Origin: Rubripirellula sp.
Lineage (GTDB): Bacteria; Planctomycetota; Planctomycetia; Pirellulales; Pirellulaceae
Length of the DNA: 64,000 bases
Assembly: GCA_965216875.1 (NCBI GenBank)
Contig: OZ244207.1
Location: 1,632,001-1,696,000, forward strand
Direction of reading: 5' to 3'
Under the pieces are notes generated by a model that was not told the origin of the DNA, did no database searches, and worked only from the letters and a program-made list of their open reading frames with translations. This document shows, piece after piece, positions 9,164-18,267 of this stretch (position 1 is the first letter of the stretch; every line of letters begins with the position of its first letter). A program made the translations under genes and the position numbers.

Positions 9164-12022
9164 ATGTCGAGCGACACCGTCGAGGAAGATGTGCAAGAGC
9201 GCACGCCAAATCTGGCGCGCGACGTCTCTGCGATCGCTCTTGCTGCGCTCACGCTGTTTCTCACGATCGCGGTGGTCACGCGGAGTGCTGCAGATCCGAT
9301 CGCCGAGCCGCTTTGGCCGCTGAGCAGTTTGTATAGCCCGGACGTTGTGACTTTTCCGGCCAACGATTCGATCACCAATGCCTGTGGTTATTGGGGCGCG
9401 TTGATCAGTTCGGCGATGTTTGATGGTCTCGGCATTGCCACCGCACTGGTGATCGCGGCTCTGGGCGGGTGTGCGGTCGCGCTGCTCTTTCGAGGCGAGA
9501 TTCAGGCCCCTGTCTTGCGTTCGCTTGGTGGAACGGTCCTCGTGGTCGCAGTGGCGACGGCCGCTGGGCTGACGCAGATTCCGATTGAAGGGATGCCCGT
9601 CGTCGGCAACGGCGGGTACCTCGGTTCGATGACTTCGGGTTGGCTGCTCGAACATTTTGCGCCGGCAGGTGCGTGGATTCTGACGCTTAGCGTGTTGGCG
9701 GTCGGCCTTTTGATGACCACCGACTACGCACTTCTGTACGCCGGACGCGCGATTGTCGCCGGCGGCGCCAATGCGTCCAAACGGGGCATGGCCAAGGCCA
9801 AGGGGGCGCTACCAGCACGACGACGTCGCGAGCCATTTACCGACCTTGAGCAACCGATCACGATCGATGGCGACCAAGAAGGCGAGGACGCAGACGAGGT
9901 TGACGGCGACGACGAAGAGGAAGCGGTTGAAAGCGAACCAATGATCAAGGTCCGCCAACCACGACGTCCAAAGTCCGAGGAAGAGCTCTCGGACGAAGGT
10001 GACGAGGCTGCACTCGAGGAGGAGGAAGAATACGACGCCGAAGCGGAATACGACGAAGACGTCGAGGACTTTGAAGAAGACGAGGACGAACCGTCAGTTG
10101 TTCGCGAACTGGAAGTCGACGAAGAGCAGGTCACGCTCCGCAAAGACGCCGGCCATGAAGTGCGTCAACCTCGCGTCAAAGCACCACGCCAAAAGGCTAA
10201 GCCTGATCCTCGCGATGAACTCTATGACAACGTGCGCGAGGCGGCACCGGCTGGTAGCGAAGACTATCAACTTCCAAGTATCGAGTTATTAACCCCAAGC
10301 GATGACATCTGCTATGAGGAACAGCTGAGTGAGGTTCGTCGCAAGGCTCACATTTTGGAAGAGACGTTCAAGAATTTTGGTTTCAACATTCGCGTCGTTG
10401 AAATTGAAACAGGCCCTGTGATCGCACAGTACGAAGTCGAGCTCGAAGCCGGCTTGCGTCTGAGTAAGATCACGGGCTTGGCCGATGACCTTGCGATCGC
10501 GCTGCGCGTGCCAAGTGTTCGGATCGTCGCACCGATTCCGGGAAAGAATACCGTTGGGATCGAAGTTCCAAACGAAACACGCCAAGTTGTTCGGCTGCGC
10601 GATGTGATCGAAGAGTCTGATACCAAGACTGCGAAGATGAACATTCCGGTCTTTCTGGGCAAGGACGTCTCGGGCAATCCGATGGTCGTCGACCTGGCCA
10701 AAATGCCTCACCTCTTGATCGCTGGTCGAACCGGTACCGGTAAGAGTGTTTGTTTGAACGCGATCATCACATCGGTATTGATGTGCTGCCGACCCGACGA
10801 AGTGCGGATGTTGATGATCGACCCCAAGATGGTCGAACTGAGTGGCTACGGTCGATTGCCTCACTTGATGCACCCAGTCATCACTGACATGAAGAAGGCC
10901 GAGGCGATCCTCGCGTGGGCTGTCGAAAAGATGGAAGAACGCTATTCGCTCTTGGCGAAAGTGGGCGTGCGGCACATCAACAGCTTCAACGACTTGGGTC
11001 GCGAGGAGATCCTTCGCCGGCTCGAAGTTGACGAAGAAGATGGACCTTCCGACGTTCCCGACAAGCTTCCCTTTATTGTCATCGTTGCCGACGAAATGGC
11101 TGACTTGATGATGACGGCCGGCAAAGACGTCGAGCAGCACATCATTCGATTGGCTCAAAAGAGTCGTGCGGTCGGGATTCACTTGATCCTTGCGACGCAG
11201 AAACCGACGGTCGATGTCATCACGGGCCTGATCAAGAGTAACCTTCCCGCGCGTTTGAGTTTTCAGGTCGCAAGTAAAACCGATAGTCGCGTCGTGCTCG
11301 ATGAAAATGGTGCCGACAAGTTGCTTGGCAATGGCGACATGCTCTTCCTCTGGCCGGGAACGAGCACGCTGATTCGCGGGCAGGGCACGTTCCTGTCGGA
11401 TGAAGAAATCGACACCGTGGTCGATCGCTGCAGCATCGGCGAGCAGAACTTTGTCGGCGAGCTGATGAACTTGAAAGTCACCGAGGAAGGTGAAGGTGGT
11501 GATGGCACCACGATGGAGCAGATCAAGAAACGCGATGAACTGTACGACAGTGCCATTGAGGTTGTGATTCGCGAAGGTCGTGGGTCCTGTTCATTGCTGC
11601 AACGGTGCCTCGGCATCGGTTACGGTCGCGCCGCGAAATTGATCGATTTCATGGCCGAGGATGGAATCGTCGGGCAATACAACGGCAGCAAGGCGCGCGA
11701 AGTGTTGATGACCATGGCCCAATGGCAAACGATGCAGGGGCTCGAAGTCGACGAGGAAGAAGAGGAGGGCGAGGAGGCTGTCGTCGACGCGCCCGAACCG
11801 CCAGCTCCGCCGCCACCCAAGGCGAAGGCGCCCAAGCCAATCAAGGCGGCTGTAAAGGCAGCACCCGTTGTAGAGGAAGTGGTCGACGACGAAGAGGAGT
11901 ACGAAGAAGAAGAATACGAAGAGGAAGAGTACGAGGAAGAAGATCCGAACGCCGAGTACGAAGAGGAAGACTACGACGACGAGGAGTATGAAGACTACGA
12001 AGAGTACGAGGACGCAACGTAG
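9164..12022 (+). CDS. ftsK: DNA translocase FtsK/SpoIIIE
   Basis: N-terminal TM domain, PHLLIAGRTGTGKS Walker A, IDPKMVEL, IVIVADEMADLMM Walker B, RLAQKSRAVGIHLILATQKP, gamma domain GYGRAAKLID. Start uncertain (ORF is open from 9077). Confidence 0.97.
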   Translation: MSSDTVEEDVQERTPNLARDVSAIALAALTLFLTIAVVTRSAADPIAEPLWPLSSLYSPDVVTFPANDSITNACGYWGALISSAMFDGLGIATALVIAALGGCAVALLFRGEIQAPVLRSLGGTVLVVAVATAAGLTQIPIEGMPVVGNGGYLGSMTSGWLLEHFAPAGAWILTLSVLAVGLLMTTDYALLYAGRAIVAGGANASKRGMAKAKGALPARRRREPFTDLEQPITIDGDQEGEDADEVDGDDEEEAVESEPMIKVRQPRRPKSEEELSDEGDEAALEEEEEYDAEAEYDEDVEDFEEDEDEPSVVRELEVDEEQVTLRKDAGHEVRQPRVKAPRQKAKPDPRDELYDNVREAAPAGSEDYQLPSIELLTPSDDICYEEQLSEVRRKAHILEETFKNFGFNIRVVEIETGPVIAQYEVELEAGLRLSKITGLADDLAIALRVPSVRIVAPIPGKNTVGIEVPNETRQVVRLRDVIEESDTKTAKMNIPVFLGKDVSGNPMVVDLAKMPHLLIAGRTGTGKSVCLNAIITSVLMCCRPDEVRMLMIDPKMVELSGYGRLPHLMHPVITDMKKAEAILAWAVEKMEERYSLLAKVGVRHINSFNDLGREEILRRLEVDEEDGPSDVPDKLPFIVIVADEMADLMMTAGKDVEQHIIRLAQKSRAVGIHLILATQKPTVDVITGLIKSNLPARLSFQVASKTDSRVVLDENGADKLLGNGDMLFLWPGTSTLIRGQGTFLSDEEIDTVVDRCSIGEQNFVGELMNLKVTEEGEGGDGTTMEQIKKRDELYDSAIEVVIREGRGSCSLLQRCLGIGYGRAAKLIDFMAEDGIVGQYNGSKAREVLMTMAQWQTMQGLEVDEEEEEGEEAVVDAPEPPAPPPPKAKAPKPIKAAVKAAPVVEEVVDDEEEYEEEEYEEEEYEEEDPNAEYEEEDYDDEEYEDYEEYEDAT

Positions 12023-12133
12023 GCCAGATCAAAGAGCGACAGCGTAGGCCGGATCAAGGAGCGACAGCGTAGGCCAGATCAAAGAGCGACAGCGTAGGCC
12101 GGATCAAGGAGCGACAGCGACGCAGATCCGGCG
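12018..12133 (+). repeat. Four 25-bp tandem units (CGTAGGCCRGATCAARGAGCGACAG) derived from a GTAG-type REP
   Basis: Directly visible alternating A/B variants. The last copy continues into CGACGCAGATCCGGC, closing a hairpin with GCCGGATC. Confidence 0.9.
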
Positions 12134-12153
12134 TCTGAACACGTTGGCCTCAA

Positions 12154-12230
12154 CGTAGCTACCTTCGCCAGAAGGTGGGCGCTCTTGTGACCGGTCCTCA
12201 AACATCCACGCTCTGGCGAGCGTAGCTACG
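12154..12230. repeat. Inverted REP pair (REPIN-like), GTAGCTAC family
   Basis: CGTAGCTACCTTCGCCAGAAGGTGG ... CCACGCTCTGGCGAGCGTAGCTACG, between convergent genes. Confidence 0.9.
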
Positions 12231-12275
12231 GGTCCGGTCCTCGGTGCATTTTGAGTCCGCAGCTACGGCAATCGT

Positions 12276-13034
12276 CTACCGACCTTCTCTGAGGCGGTAG
12301 CCAAGAAAATTGTCGAGTTCCGGTTCGGCCTCGATCTTGGCGACGACCGATTCGATGTCGTATTCCACGCGACGGTATTCGACCGTTTGCTCGTTGTAAA
12401 TCACGTAGCAGCTTCGAGGATCGCCGTCTCGCGGCTGCCCGACGCTGCCGACATTGATCATCAGCTTTTGGCTGGCGTCTGAAACGTCGTAGCCGCTACC
12501 GGTGTCGACAGGCCGCACGAAACGCAGGTCCGGCGTGAAAACGCCCGGCACGTGGGTGTGGCCTTGGAAGCAGATGTGCGGCACCATTGAGAAGAGCTTT
12601 TCGATCTTCTTGCCGTTCTGGGTGTCTTCGGGAAAGACGTATTCGTTGGTAGGTCCGCGTGGCGACCCGTGCACGAACAGGACACTTCCTTCACGAGTCA
12701 TGCGTGGCAAGCTGCAGATAAACTCCATACGCTTTCGACTCGCCTCGGGACCGTCACGACCGCATTCGAGTTGTGATCGCGTCCAAAAGATCGCCTGCTC
12801 AGCAGCCACGTTGAATCCTTCTGGATCAAACAGGGCGCTGCTGTCGTGGTTGCCGAGGATGCAAAAATCGAATTCCATCACCTTGTCTAAACAAGCACAA
12901 GGGTCGGGACCGTAACCGATCACGTCGCCGAGGCAGACGATTCGGTCAACGGATTGCGCGGCAATGTCTGCCAACACCGCTTCGAGGGCGGTCAGGTTGC
13001 CGTGAATATCACTGATGATGGCGATGCGCGTCAC
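12276..13034 (-). CDS. Calcineurin-like metallophosphoesterase (YfcE/PP-like)
   Basis: SDIHGN, CLGDVIGYGP, GNHD, VHGSP, GHTH and NVGSVGQPRD motifs. Confidence 0.93.
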   Translation of the reverse strand: MTRIAIISDIHGNLTALEAVLADIAAQSVDRIVCLGDVIGYGPDPCACLDKVMEFDFCILGNHDSSALFDPEGFNVAAEQAIFWTRSQLECGRDGPEASRKRMEFICSLPRMTREGSVLFVHGSPRGPTNEYVFPEDTQNGKKIEKLFSMVPHICFQGHTHVPGVFTPDLRFVRPVDTGSGYDVSDASQKLMINVGSVGQPRDGDPRSCYVIYNEQTVEYRRVEYDIESVVAKIEAEPELDNFLGYRLREGR

Positions 13035-13064
13035 GCCGAAAGCCCGACGAAAGAAAGGGAACGA

Positions 13065-13823
13065 TTAGCGTCCGTGTTTTAGCCGATCGCCCAGCCCGTC
13101 CGAAAGGTCGGGGACGTCGTAAATCTTTTGAGCAGTCTTGTCACGGTCATAATCGACACGTCGATAGGTGATCGTCTTGGCATCCATATCCAAAACGACA
13201 TAGCAAGAACGATTGTCTTCATCGCGCGGTTGACCAACGCTACCGACGTTGACCAACACCTTCTCGCTGCCAAGCTGATAGAAGCTGTCACATTCTTCGG
13301 GCGACAGGAACTCGCAATCGGTCGTGAAGACACCTGGCAGGTGTGTGTGGCCCATGAAGCAATACTGCTGGACCTTGCCGAACAAGATTTCCATCTTGCG
13401 TTGATCGAACACGTACTCGGGGAAGACGTATTCGTTGGTGGGATCTCGCGGCGATCCATGCACAAACTTGAAGTCGCCCTCGTCGACGTAGCGTGGGAGT
13501 TCGCCCAAGAAGTCCCAGCGTTTGTTGACTTGGACGGGGGTTCCCGGTCCGTTGTCGAGTTGATCGCGAGTCCAGTAGATCGCTTGCAACGCCATCGGGT
13601 TGAAGCCATCCGGATCAAACAGAGCGGCCTGGTCGTGGTTGCCAAGGATGGTGACCCGGGCGTTCTTCATCACCTCATCCAGGCACTCGCACGGATTGGG
13701 GCCATAACCGATGATGTCGCCGAGGCAATAAATGTCGTCGACTTCTTGACTGCGAGCATCATCCAGCACTGCCAAAAGCGCCTCGAGGTTGCCATGGATG
13801 TCGCTGATCAACGCTCGCTTCAC
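13065..13823 (-). CDS. Calcineurin-like metallophosphoesterase (paralogue of the neighbouring gene)
   Basis: Same motif set. GTG start at 13823 chosen by alignment with the neighbouring paralogue. Confidence 0.93.
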   Translation of the reverse strand: MKRALISDIHGNLEALLAVLDDARSQEVDDIYCLGDIIGYGPNPCECLDEVMKNARVTILGNHDQAALFDPDGFNPMALQAIYWTRDQLDNGPGTPVQVNKRWDFLGELPRYVDEGDFKFVHGSPRDPTNEYVFPEYVFDQRKMEILFGKVQQYCFMGHTHLPGVFTTDCEFLSPEECDSFYQLGSEKVLVNVGSVGQPRDEDNRSCYVVLDMDAKTITYRRVDYDRDKTAQKIYDVPDLSDGLGDRLKHGR

Positions 13824-14014
13824 AGGAAGATTCCTAAATTGGACGGCCGCTAGACCGCAATCTTTTCGAGGGGAACAATATCGGATCACCTAGACCTGCA
13901 ACGGCGGAAGACCATACTTGTCCACCTGAGTGTTGCCCGGTTCACGCGTCCGTTGAGGTCGAATTGTAAGGGGAATCAAAAATTCACAGCAATCCCACGA
14001 AACCAGAAGATTCC

Positions 14015-14752
14015 GTGATCCAGCCTCCTGCCCTTACTCAGGATACAGTCCACCTGGCGTTGGAGACGACCGGACGGACTGGTTCTGTCGCACTTTTCAA
14101 GGGTGAGACGGTATTGCGTCAAGCCGTTTTGGACGGATCAACGCGCACCGCAGCCTCTTTGGGGCCGGAAATCGACCAAACCCTCAGGTGGTGCGGCGAT
14201 TCGGGGCACCAGCTTGCTTTCCTGAGCGTTGCCGATGGTCCAGGCTCGTTCACCGGACTACGAATCGGTGTGACGACGGCAAAGACTTTAAGTTATGCGC
14301 TCGGTTTGCCTTTGATTGGCGTCGATTCGCTCGCCGCAATCGCCGCAACCGCCCTCCAAAGTCGTCCCGAGCTGGGTTCGATCGAAGTTGTCACCAACGC
14401 CTACCGCGGTCAAGTTTTCTACGGCAGCTTCGAACGTGAAACACTTCTGCCCGCCGCCGGCGCCGACTCAATTCCCAGCGGTTGGACTGCCTACCCCGAA
14501 TCAGTACGGGTACTCGACAAGGACCAGTGGCAGGAAAAAAGGCAGGCGATCGATGGTGGCCCGATGGCCGGTGATGCTGCGCCGCTTGGCGATCTTGCCG
14601 ATCGTTTGATTGTTCGTGAGTGTGACGCGGTCGGCGTGGGGCTGCTCGGATGGCGAGCGGCCTGGGCTGGGCAGTGGGCCGACGCTTTCGAGATGGTCCC
14701 GCGATACCTCAAGCCAAGTGCTGCCGAAGAGAAGGCTGCCGAGAAAGCGTAG
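14015..14752 (+). CDS. tsaB: tRNA threonylcarbamoyladenosine biosynthesis protein TsaB
   Basis: LALETT, GPGSFTGLRIGVTTAKTL, C-terminal PRYLKPSAAE. Confidence 0.93.
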   Translation: MIQPPALTQDTVHLALETTGRTGSVALFKGETVLRQAVLDGSTRTAASLGPEIDQTLRWCGDSGHQLAFLSVADGPGSFTGLRIGVTTAKTLSYALGLPLIGVDSLAAIAATALQSRPELGSIEVVTNAYRGQVFYGSFERETLLPAAGADSIPSGWTAYPESVRVLDKDQWQEKRQAIDGGPMAGDAAPLGDLADRLIVRECDAVGVGLLGWRAAWAGQWADAFEMVPRYLKPSAAEEKAAEKA

Positions 14753-14875
14753 GCTCTGGCCAACGCGCCTCGACCGTAAGCGACTGTCGGTCGAGGCTGG
14801 CAGGAGTGGAGCACATGCAGAGCTGAGCGCTCTGGCTGGGTCAACGTGCCCCTGGAGAATCAAACCCGTCGTCGA

Positions 14876-15178
14876 TTAGGCCGCAGCCGCTTCGACAGGG
14901 GCTTGCATGGAAATCGAAACGCTTTCGCGCCGAATTCCGTCGCTTCCGTAGTAGATCAGCGTGTTCTTGGTGAAGTCGCAAATTGCGGTCAGTTTGACAC
15001 TACGAGGTCCGTGAACGCAAAAGTAGACGCCACAGGCTTTACCGCCGCGGATCACTTCTCGTTGTGTCATGGGGAATTGTTGAGGTTCGAGGTGGCCGAG
15101 TTCGCATAAGCGTTTTTCGACCTTGTGGCATAGGGTATGAAAATCGATTTTCCGTGGTGCCAAAGCGATCATAAGCAT
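14876..15178 (-). CDS. Hypothetical protein (about 100 aa)
   Basis: Coherent ORF with protein-like composition (CGVYFCVHGPRSVKLTAI). Start uncertain. Confidence 0.7.
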   Translation of the reverse strand: MLMIALAPRKIDFHTLCHKVEKRLCELGHLEPQQFPMTQREVIRGGKACGVYFCVHGPRSVKLTAICDFTKNTLIYYGSDGIRRESVSISMQAPVEAAAA

Positions 15179-15516
15179 CCGTGAAAAATACGCCAAAGCT
15201 GGGTCGCTGGGTCGCGCGCAGGGGTTGCCGCATGGACTGCAGGGGTGCAAGTCTCGTTCGGCCTAAAACATCAACCCATGGAAAGCGTTTGACTTGGAAA
15301 CAGGGGTTGGCAAATCAAGAATTTCAAGCGCCGACAACATCCTCTTGTCGCGCCGGCCAGGCAATTGCGGTTGCCCGGCTGTGTGGATATCGGAAACCTT
15401 GCCGCCGAAAATTAGTTCCCTAAAAAGTCTATAGTTCGCAAACTGACATTCTTGGCAAGGCGTACCGGTTTTGCGGCTTCGACTTACTGGGAAAGCAATT
15501 CCTAAAGTCCATCCAA

Positions 15517-15678
15517 GTAGGGTGTGTGCTCGCACGCACCAATTTGCAAGGAAGGCCCGCGCGTGCGAGCACGCGTTAAATACGAGAGCCTGTGGGTGCG
15601 AGCACGCGCAAAAAGAAGAGCCCATGCGTGCGAGCACGCGCCAATGGAAGAGCTGGTGCGTGCAAGCACGCACCCTAC
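15517..15678. repeat. Inverted REP pair of the GTAGGGTG(C/T)GTGC family with three internal degenerate cores
   Basis: GTAGGGTGTGTGCTCGCACGCACC ... GGTGCGTGCAAGCACGCACCCTAC, with internal GTGCGAGCACGCG three times. Confidence 0.88.
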
Positions 15679-15679
15679 G

Positions 15680-16384
15680 TTAGTGCTTGAGCAGCGGTTT
15701 GCGGTCGGCTTTGGTGATCCGCTCGAAGATGTCGGTCAGGATCGCTTGTTCAAGGGAAGCGTCCCGGCCGAGCGGGATCCAGCCGAGGGTTTGTGGTGAA
15801 TCCTTGGGGCCATCGTCACGGCGCAAGAGCGTGCCGTCGTGGCGCCGTGCCGAGCTGTATTCCGTCGCATATTGACTGCGATCGGTGTCCTCGAGATCTT
15901 TCTGAACGATCACCTCAACCGTATAGGCTGCGCCCATCGGTCGCACGGTCACGATCGCTCGGCGGCGAATCGATTGCAGGGTGCTTTGAAGCCGTTCAAA
16001 TCCCTTGGTGCTGTCTTTGCGCCAAGGTTCCGCCAGCGACGCACCGGGCAAGTAAACGGTTTCGATTCGGCCATCCAGTAGGATGCCGTCCGAATTCTGA
16101 ACCGGCTGCTCTTTGGCGATGCGAAAGTAATCGTCAACGGTGTCGACGACTTGAGACCAAACGAAGTCGTCGGGAAGCGGTGGTAGCTCAAGCGGGTTGG
16201 GAACGAAATGCTCGGGGGCGCGATTCTTGAGCCGGTAGCGTAATTGCCCGCAGCCCATCGTTCCCAGTAACGTCGACGACAAACAAACGGCCGTTGCAAA
16301 GAAGGCGCGGCGATTGGATCGTCGCTTGTTCATCTTTGAATCATCACCTTCTTTGGGATTCGGCATCATTGCAGACGTTCGCAT
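15680..16384 (-). CDS. Hypothetical probable lipoprotein
   Basis: Basic N-region plus hydrophobic stretch ending GTMGC; co-directional with the PPIase gene. The true start may be 16333. Confidence 0.75.
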   Translation of the reverse strand: MRTSAMMPNPKEGDDSKMNKRRSNRRAFFATAVCLSSTLLGTMGCGQLRYRLKNRAPEHFVPNPLELPPLPDDFVWSQVVDTVDDYFRIAKEQPVQNSDGILLDGRIETVYLPGASLAEPWRKDSTKGFERLQSTLQSIRRRAIVTVRPMGAAYTVEVIVQKDLEDTDRSQYATEYSSARRHDGTLLRRDDGPKDSPQTLGWIPLGRDASLEQAILTDIFERITKADRKPLLKH

Positions 16385-16410
16385 GGCCGCGGTTTGCGGG
16401 ACAACCGATC

Positions 16411-17568
16411 CTAGCGCAGGTTGCGACCTGGACCGGAGGCAATCTGTGGAAGCGGTTTTGCGTTAGGGACGTCTTTGGGATAGAGCGACCAAACTGGAAT
16501 GCGCTCACGCATCGTTTCCATCACTTCAGTGCGTGACTTCGCGATTTTGTCATTGCGAATCTTGGTTCGAATTTCGTCCTGGACTTGGCTGCGTGGTGTC
16601 AGGCCAGCTTCTTCGCGGTCGAGCACGCGGATGATGTGCAGTCCTTGTTCGTCTTCAATGATCTCGCTCATTGCGTTCAGTTCGATCGAAAAGATTTCGC
16701 GGTCCAAGACATCCGAGGCGAGTGCTCCTTGCTCGGTCCAATCGTGAAGACCACCTTGGCGTGCCATCGGTTCTTGGCTCTTCTCCCGTGCGACCGCTTG
16801 CATGTTGCCGCCGAAATAGGCTTCTCGTCCCATGTCTGCGATCAATCGTTGTGCTTCCTGGCGGTCCGGCACCTTGCTGAACAGAACACTAAGCTGTTCC
16901 CAACGAGCACGGGTTGGGTGCGAAAACTCATCAGGATTCGAAGCGTAGTATTCGACGATTTCTGCAATCGAAACACTCGGGTCTTGGTTCACTTTGCTGC
17001 GGATGTACAAGTGGCCGAGCATCGCATCAATGAACTCTCTTTGCCGTGCAGCCAGGGAGGTCCCCTTTTCGCGGAGCTTCTCATCGAGTTTCGACAAGGA
17101 CTCGGTTTCGTATTGTTTCTTTAGCTCGGGCACTTCGGATTCGAAGAACATCTGACGAGCACGCGATTGAAGGGTAGCGTCTGCTTCGGCGCGTTTGTCG
17201 GCGGCTGCCGTTCCCACTTGATCGAGCAGGAACGATTCACGAAGCATCTTGTTTTGAATCAGCTCGGCGAGCATACCCCGGGTCAGATTGAGCCGAGCGT
17301 AATGGAGTTGGTCTTCGGGGATCTTTTGCTTGGTTTTGGCCAAAACATCGGCGATCCTCGCTTCGACTTTCGGCGTCAGGTCGCCAAGCAAGATCGGTGT
17401 GCTGCCGACCACGGCAACCACAGCAGCCGGATCTTCCGGCAGAGCTTGAGCTTGGGCCTGGTCGACTTGGTTACGAGTCGGTACCTGGGCGTTGACCGCT
17501 GAGTGAAAGGTAATCAACGTCAGTGTGGTGACGGCAATCGTTGATAGACGGGACAGCATGCGTTGCAC
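16411..17568 (-). CDS. Periplasmic parvulin-type peptidyl-prolyl isomerase (SurA/PrsA-like)
   Basis: Signal peptide, VVAVVGSTPILLGDL SurA-N-like start, AREKSQEPMARQGGLHDW and SEIIEDEQGLHIIRV rotamase motifs. Confidence 0.85.
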   Translation of the reverse strand: MQRMLSRLSTIAVTTLTLITFHSAVNAQVPTRNQVDQAQAQALPEDPAAVVAVVGSTPILLGDLTPKVEARIADVLAKTKQKIPEDQLHYARLNLTRGMLAELIQNKMLRESFLLDQVGTAAADKRAEADATLQSRARQMFFESEVPELKKQYETESLSKLDEKLREKGTSLAARQREFIDAMLGHLYIRSKVNQDPSVSIAEIVEYYASNPDEFSHPTRARWEQLSVLFSKVPDRQEAQRLIADMGREAYFGGNMQAVAREKSQEPMARQGGLHDWTEQGALASDVLDREIFSIELNAMSEIIEDEQGLHIIRVLDREEAGLTPRSQVQDEIRTKIRNDKIAKSRTEVMETMRERIPVWSLYPKDVPNAKPLPQIASGPGRNLR

Positions 17569-17697
17569 AAAAAATCGAAGGAAGAATTGGCAATGGTTCT
17601 GTCGGCTTGTAGCTACCGCCAGTCCGGCAACACAAGGTCAAAATGCACACACTCTTCCCAGCAACCGACGAGTGAGCAGCCCGTTCGAATTAGGGGG

Positions 17698-17785
17698 GCG
17701 GGCCCGTGAGTCGAACGCGCTTGCGTCGGGCCCCTTTTATCGTTCATGGCTGGAAGTGGACCACCTTCTGGCGAAGATAGCTACG
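17698..17785. repeat. Composite REP cluster (GTGAG type plus GTAGCTAC type)
   Basis: CCGTGAGTCGAACGCGCTTGCGTCGGGCC and CCACCTTCTGGCGAAGATAGCTACG. Confidence 0.8.
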
Positions 17786-17802
17786 AACTGTTCGGAGTTC
17801 GA

Positions 17803-18180
17803 CTAGCCGAGCTTGCGCAGCGGGACGGTTGCGGCACTATCTGGCCGCGGCTGAGGCGATTCGAGATAGCTTGCGAGCGTTTCGGTTGCGGCGTTGGTGG
17901 ATTGGGCGTGCTGGGCAAACTGCCCGGCGCTGCCAAAGTAGGTGCCCACGCCGTGGAAAAGATCTGGATCACAACCAATCGTCTGTTCAACCAGGTCGAT
18001 TGCTTTCAAACGTTGCGTCTCCGACAACTCCACCGGTTCTTCGCTTCGGTCGGATAAGAAGTAGAAGCCTTCGATCTCGACTTGTTCGATCCAGCCGAAT
18101 CGATCTGCTAGCACCTGACCTGAGACCTCGCCCGAAACACCGTTGAGGAGGATTTCATCAATGAGGAAAGCGCGGCGCAC
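17803..18180 (-). CDS. Hypothetical protein
   Basis: 125-aa ORF downstream of and co-directional with the kinase gene; no motif recognised. Confidence 0.6.
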   Translation of the reverse strand: MRRAFLIDEILLNGVSGEVSGQVLADRFGWIEQVEIEGFYFLSDRSEEPVELSETQRLKAIDLVEQTIGCDPDLFHGVGTYFGSAGQFAQHAQSTNAATETLASYLESPQPRPDSAATVPLRKLG

Positions 18181-18267
18181 GAAGAACGACCCGAATGAGC
18201 AAGGGAAGGGTGGATGCCCAATGGAATGCTAGCATTGGCGATTCGGCGAAGCAACAAAAACCTGCCG

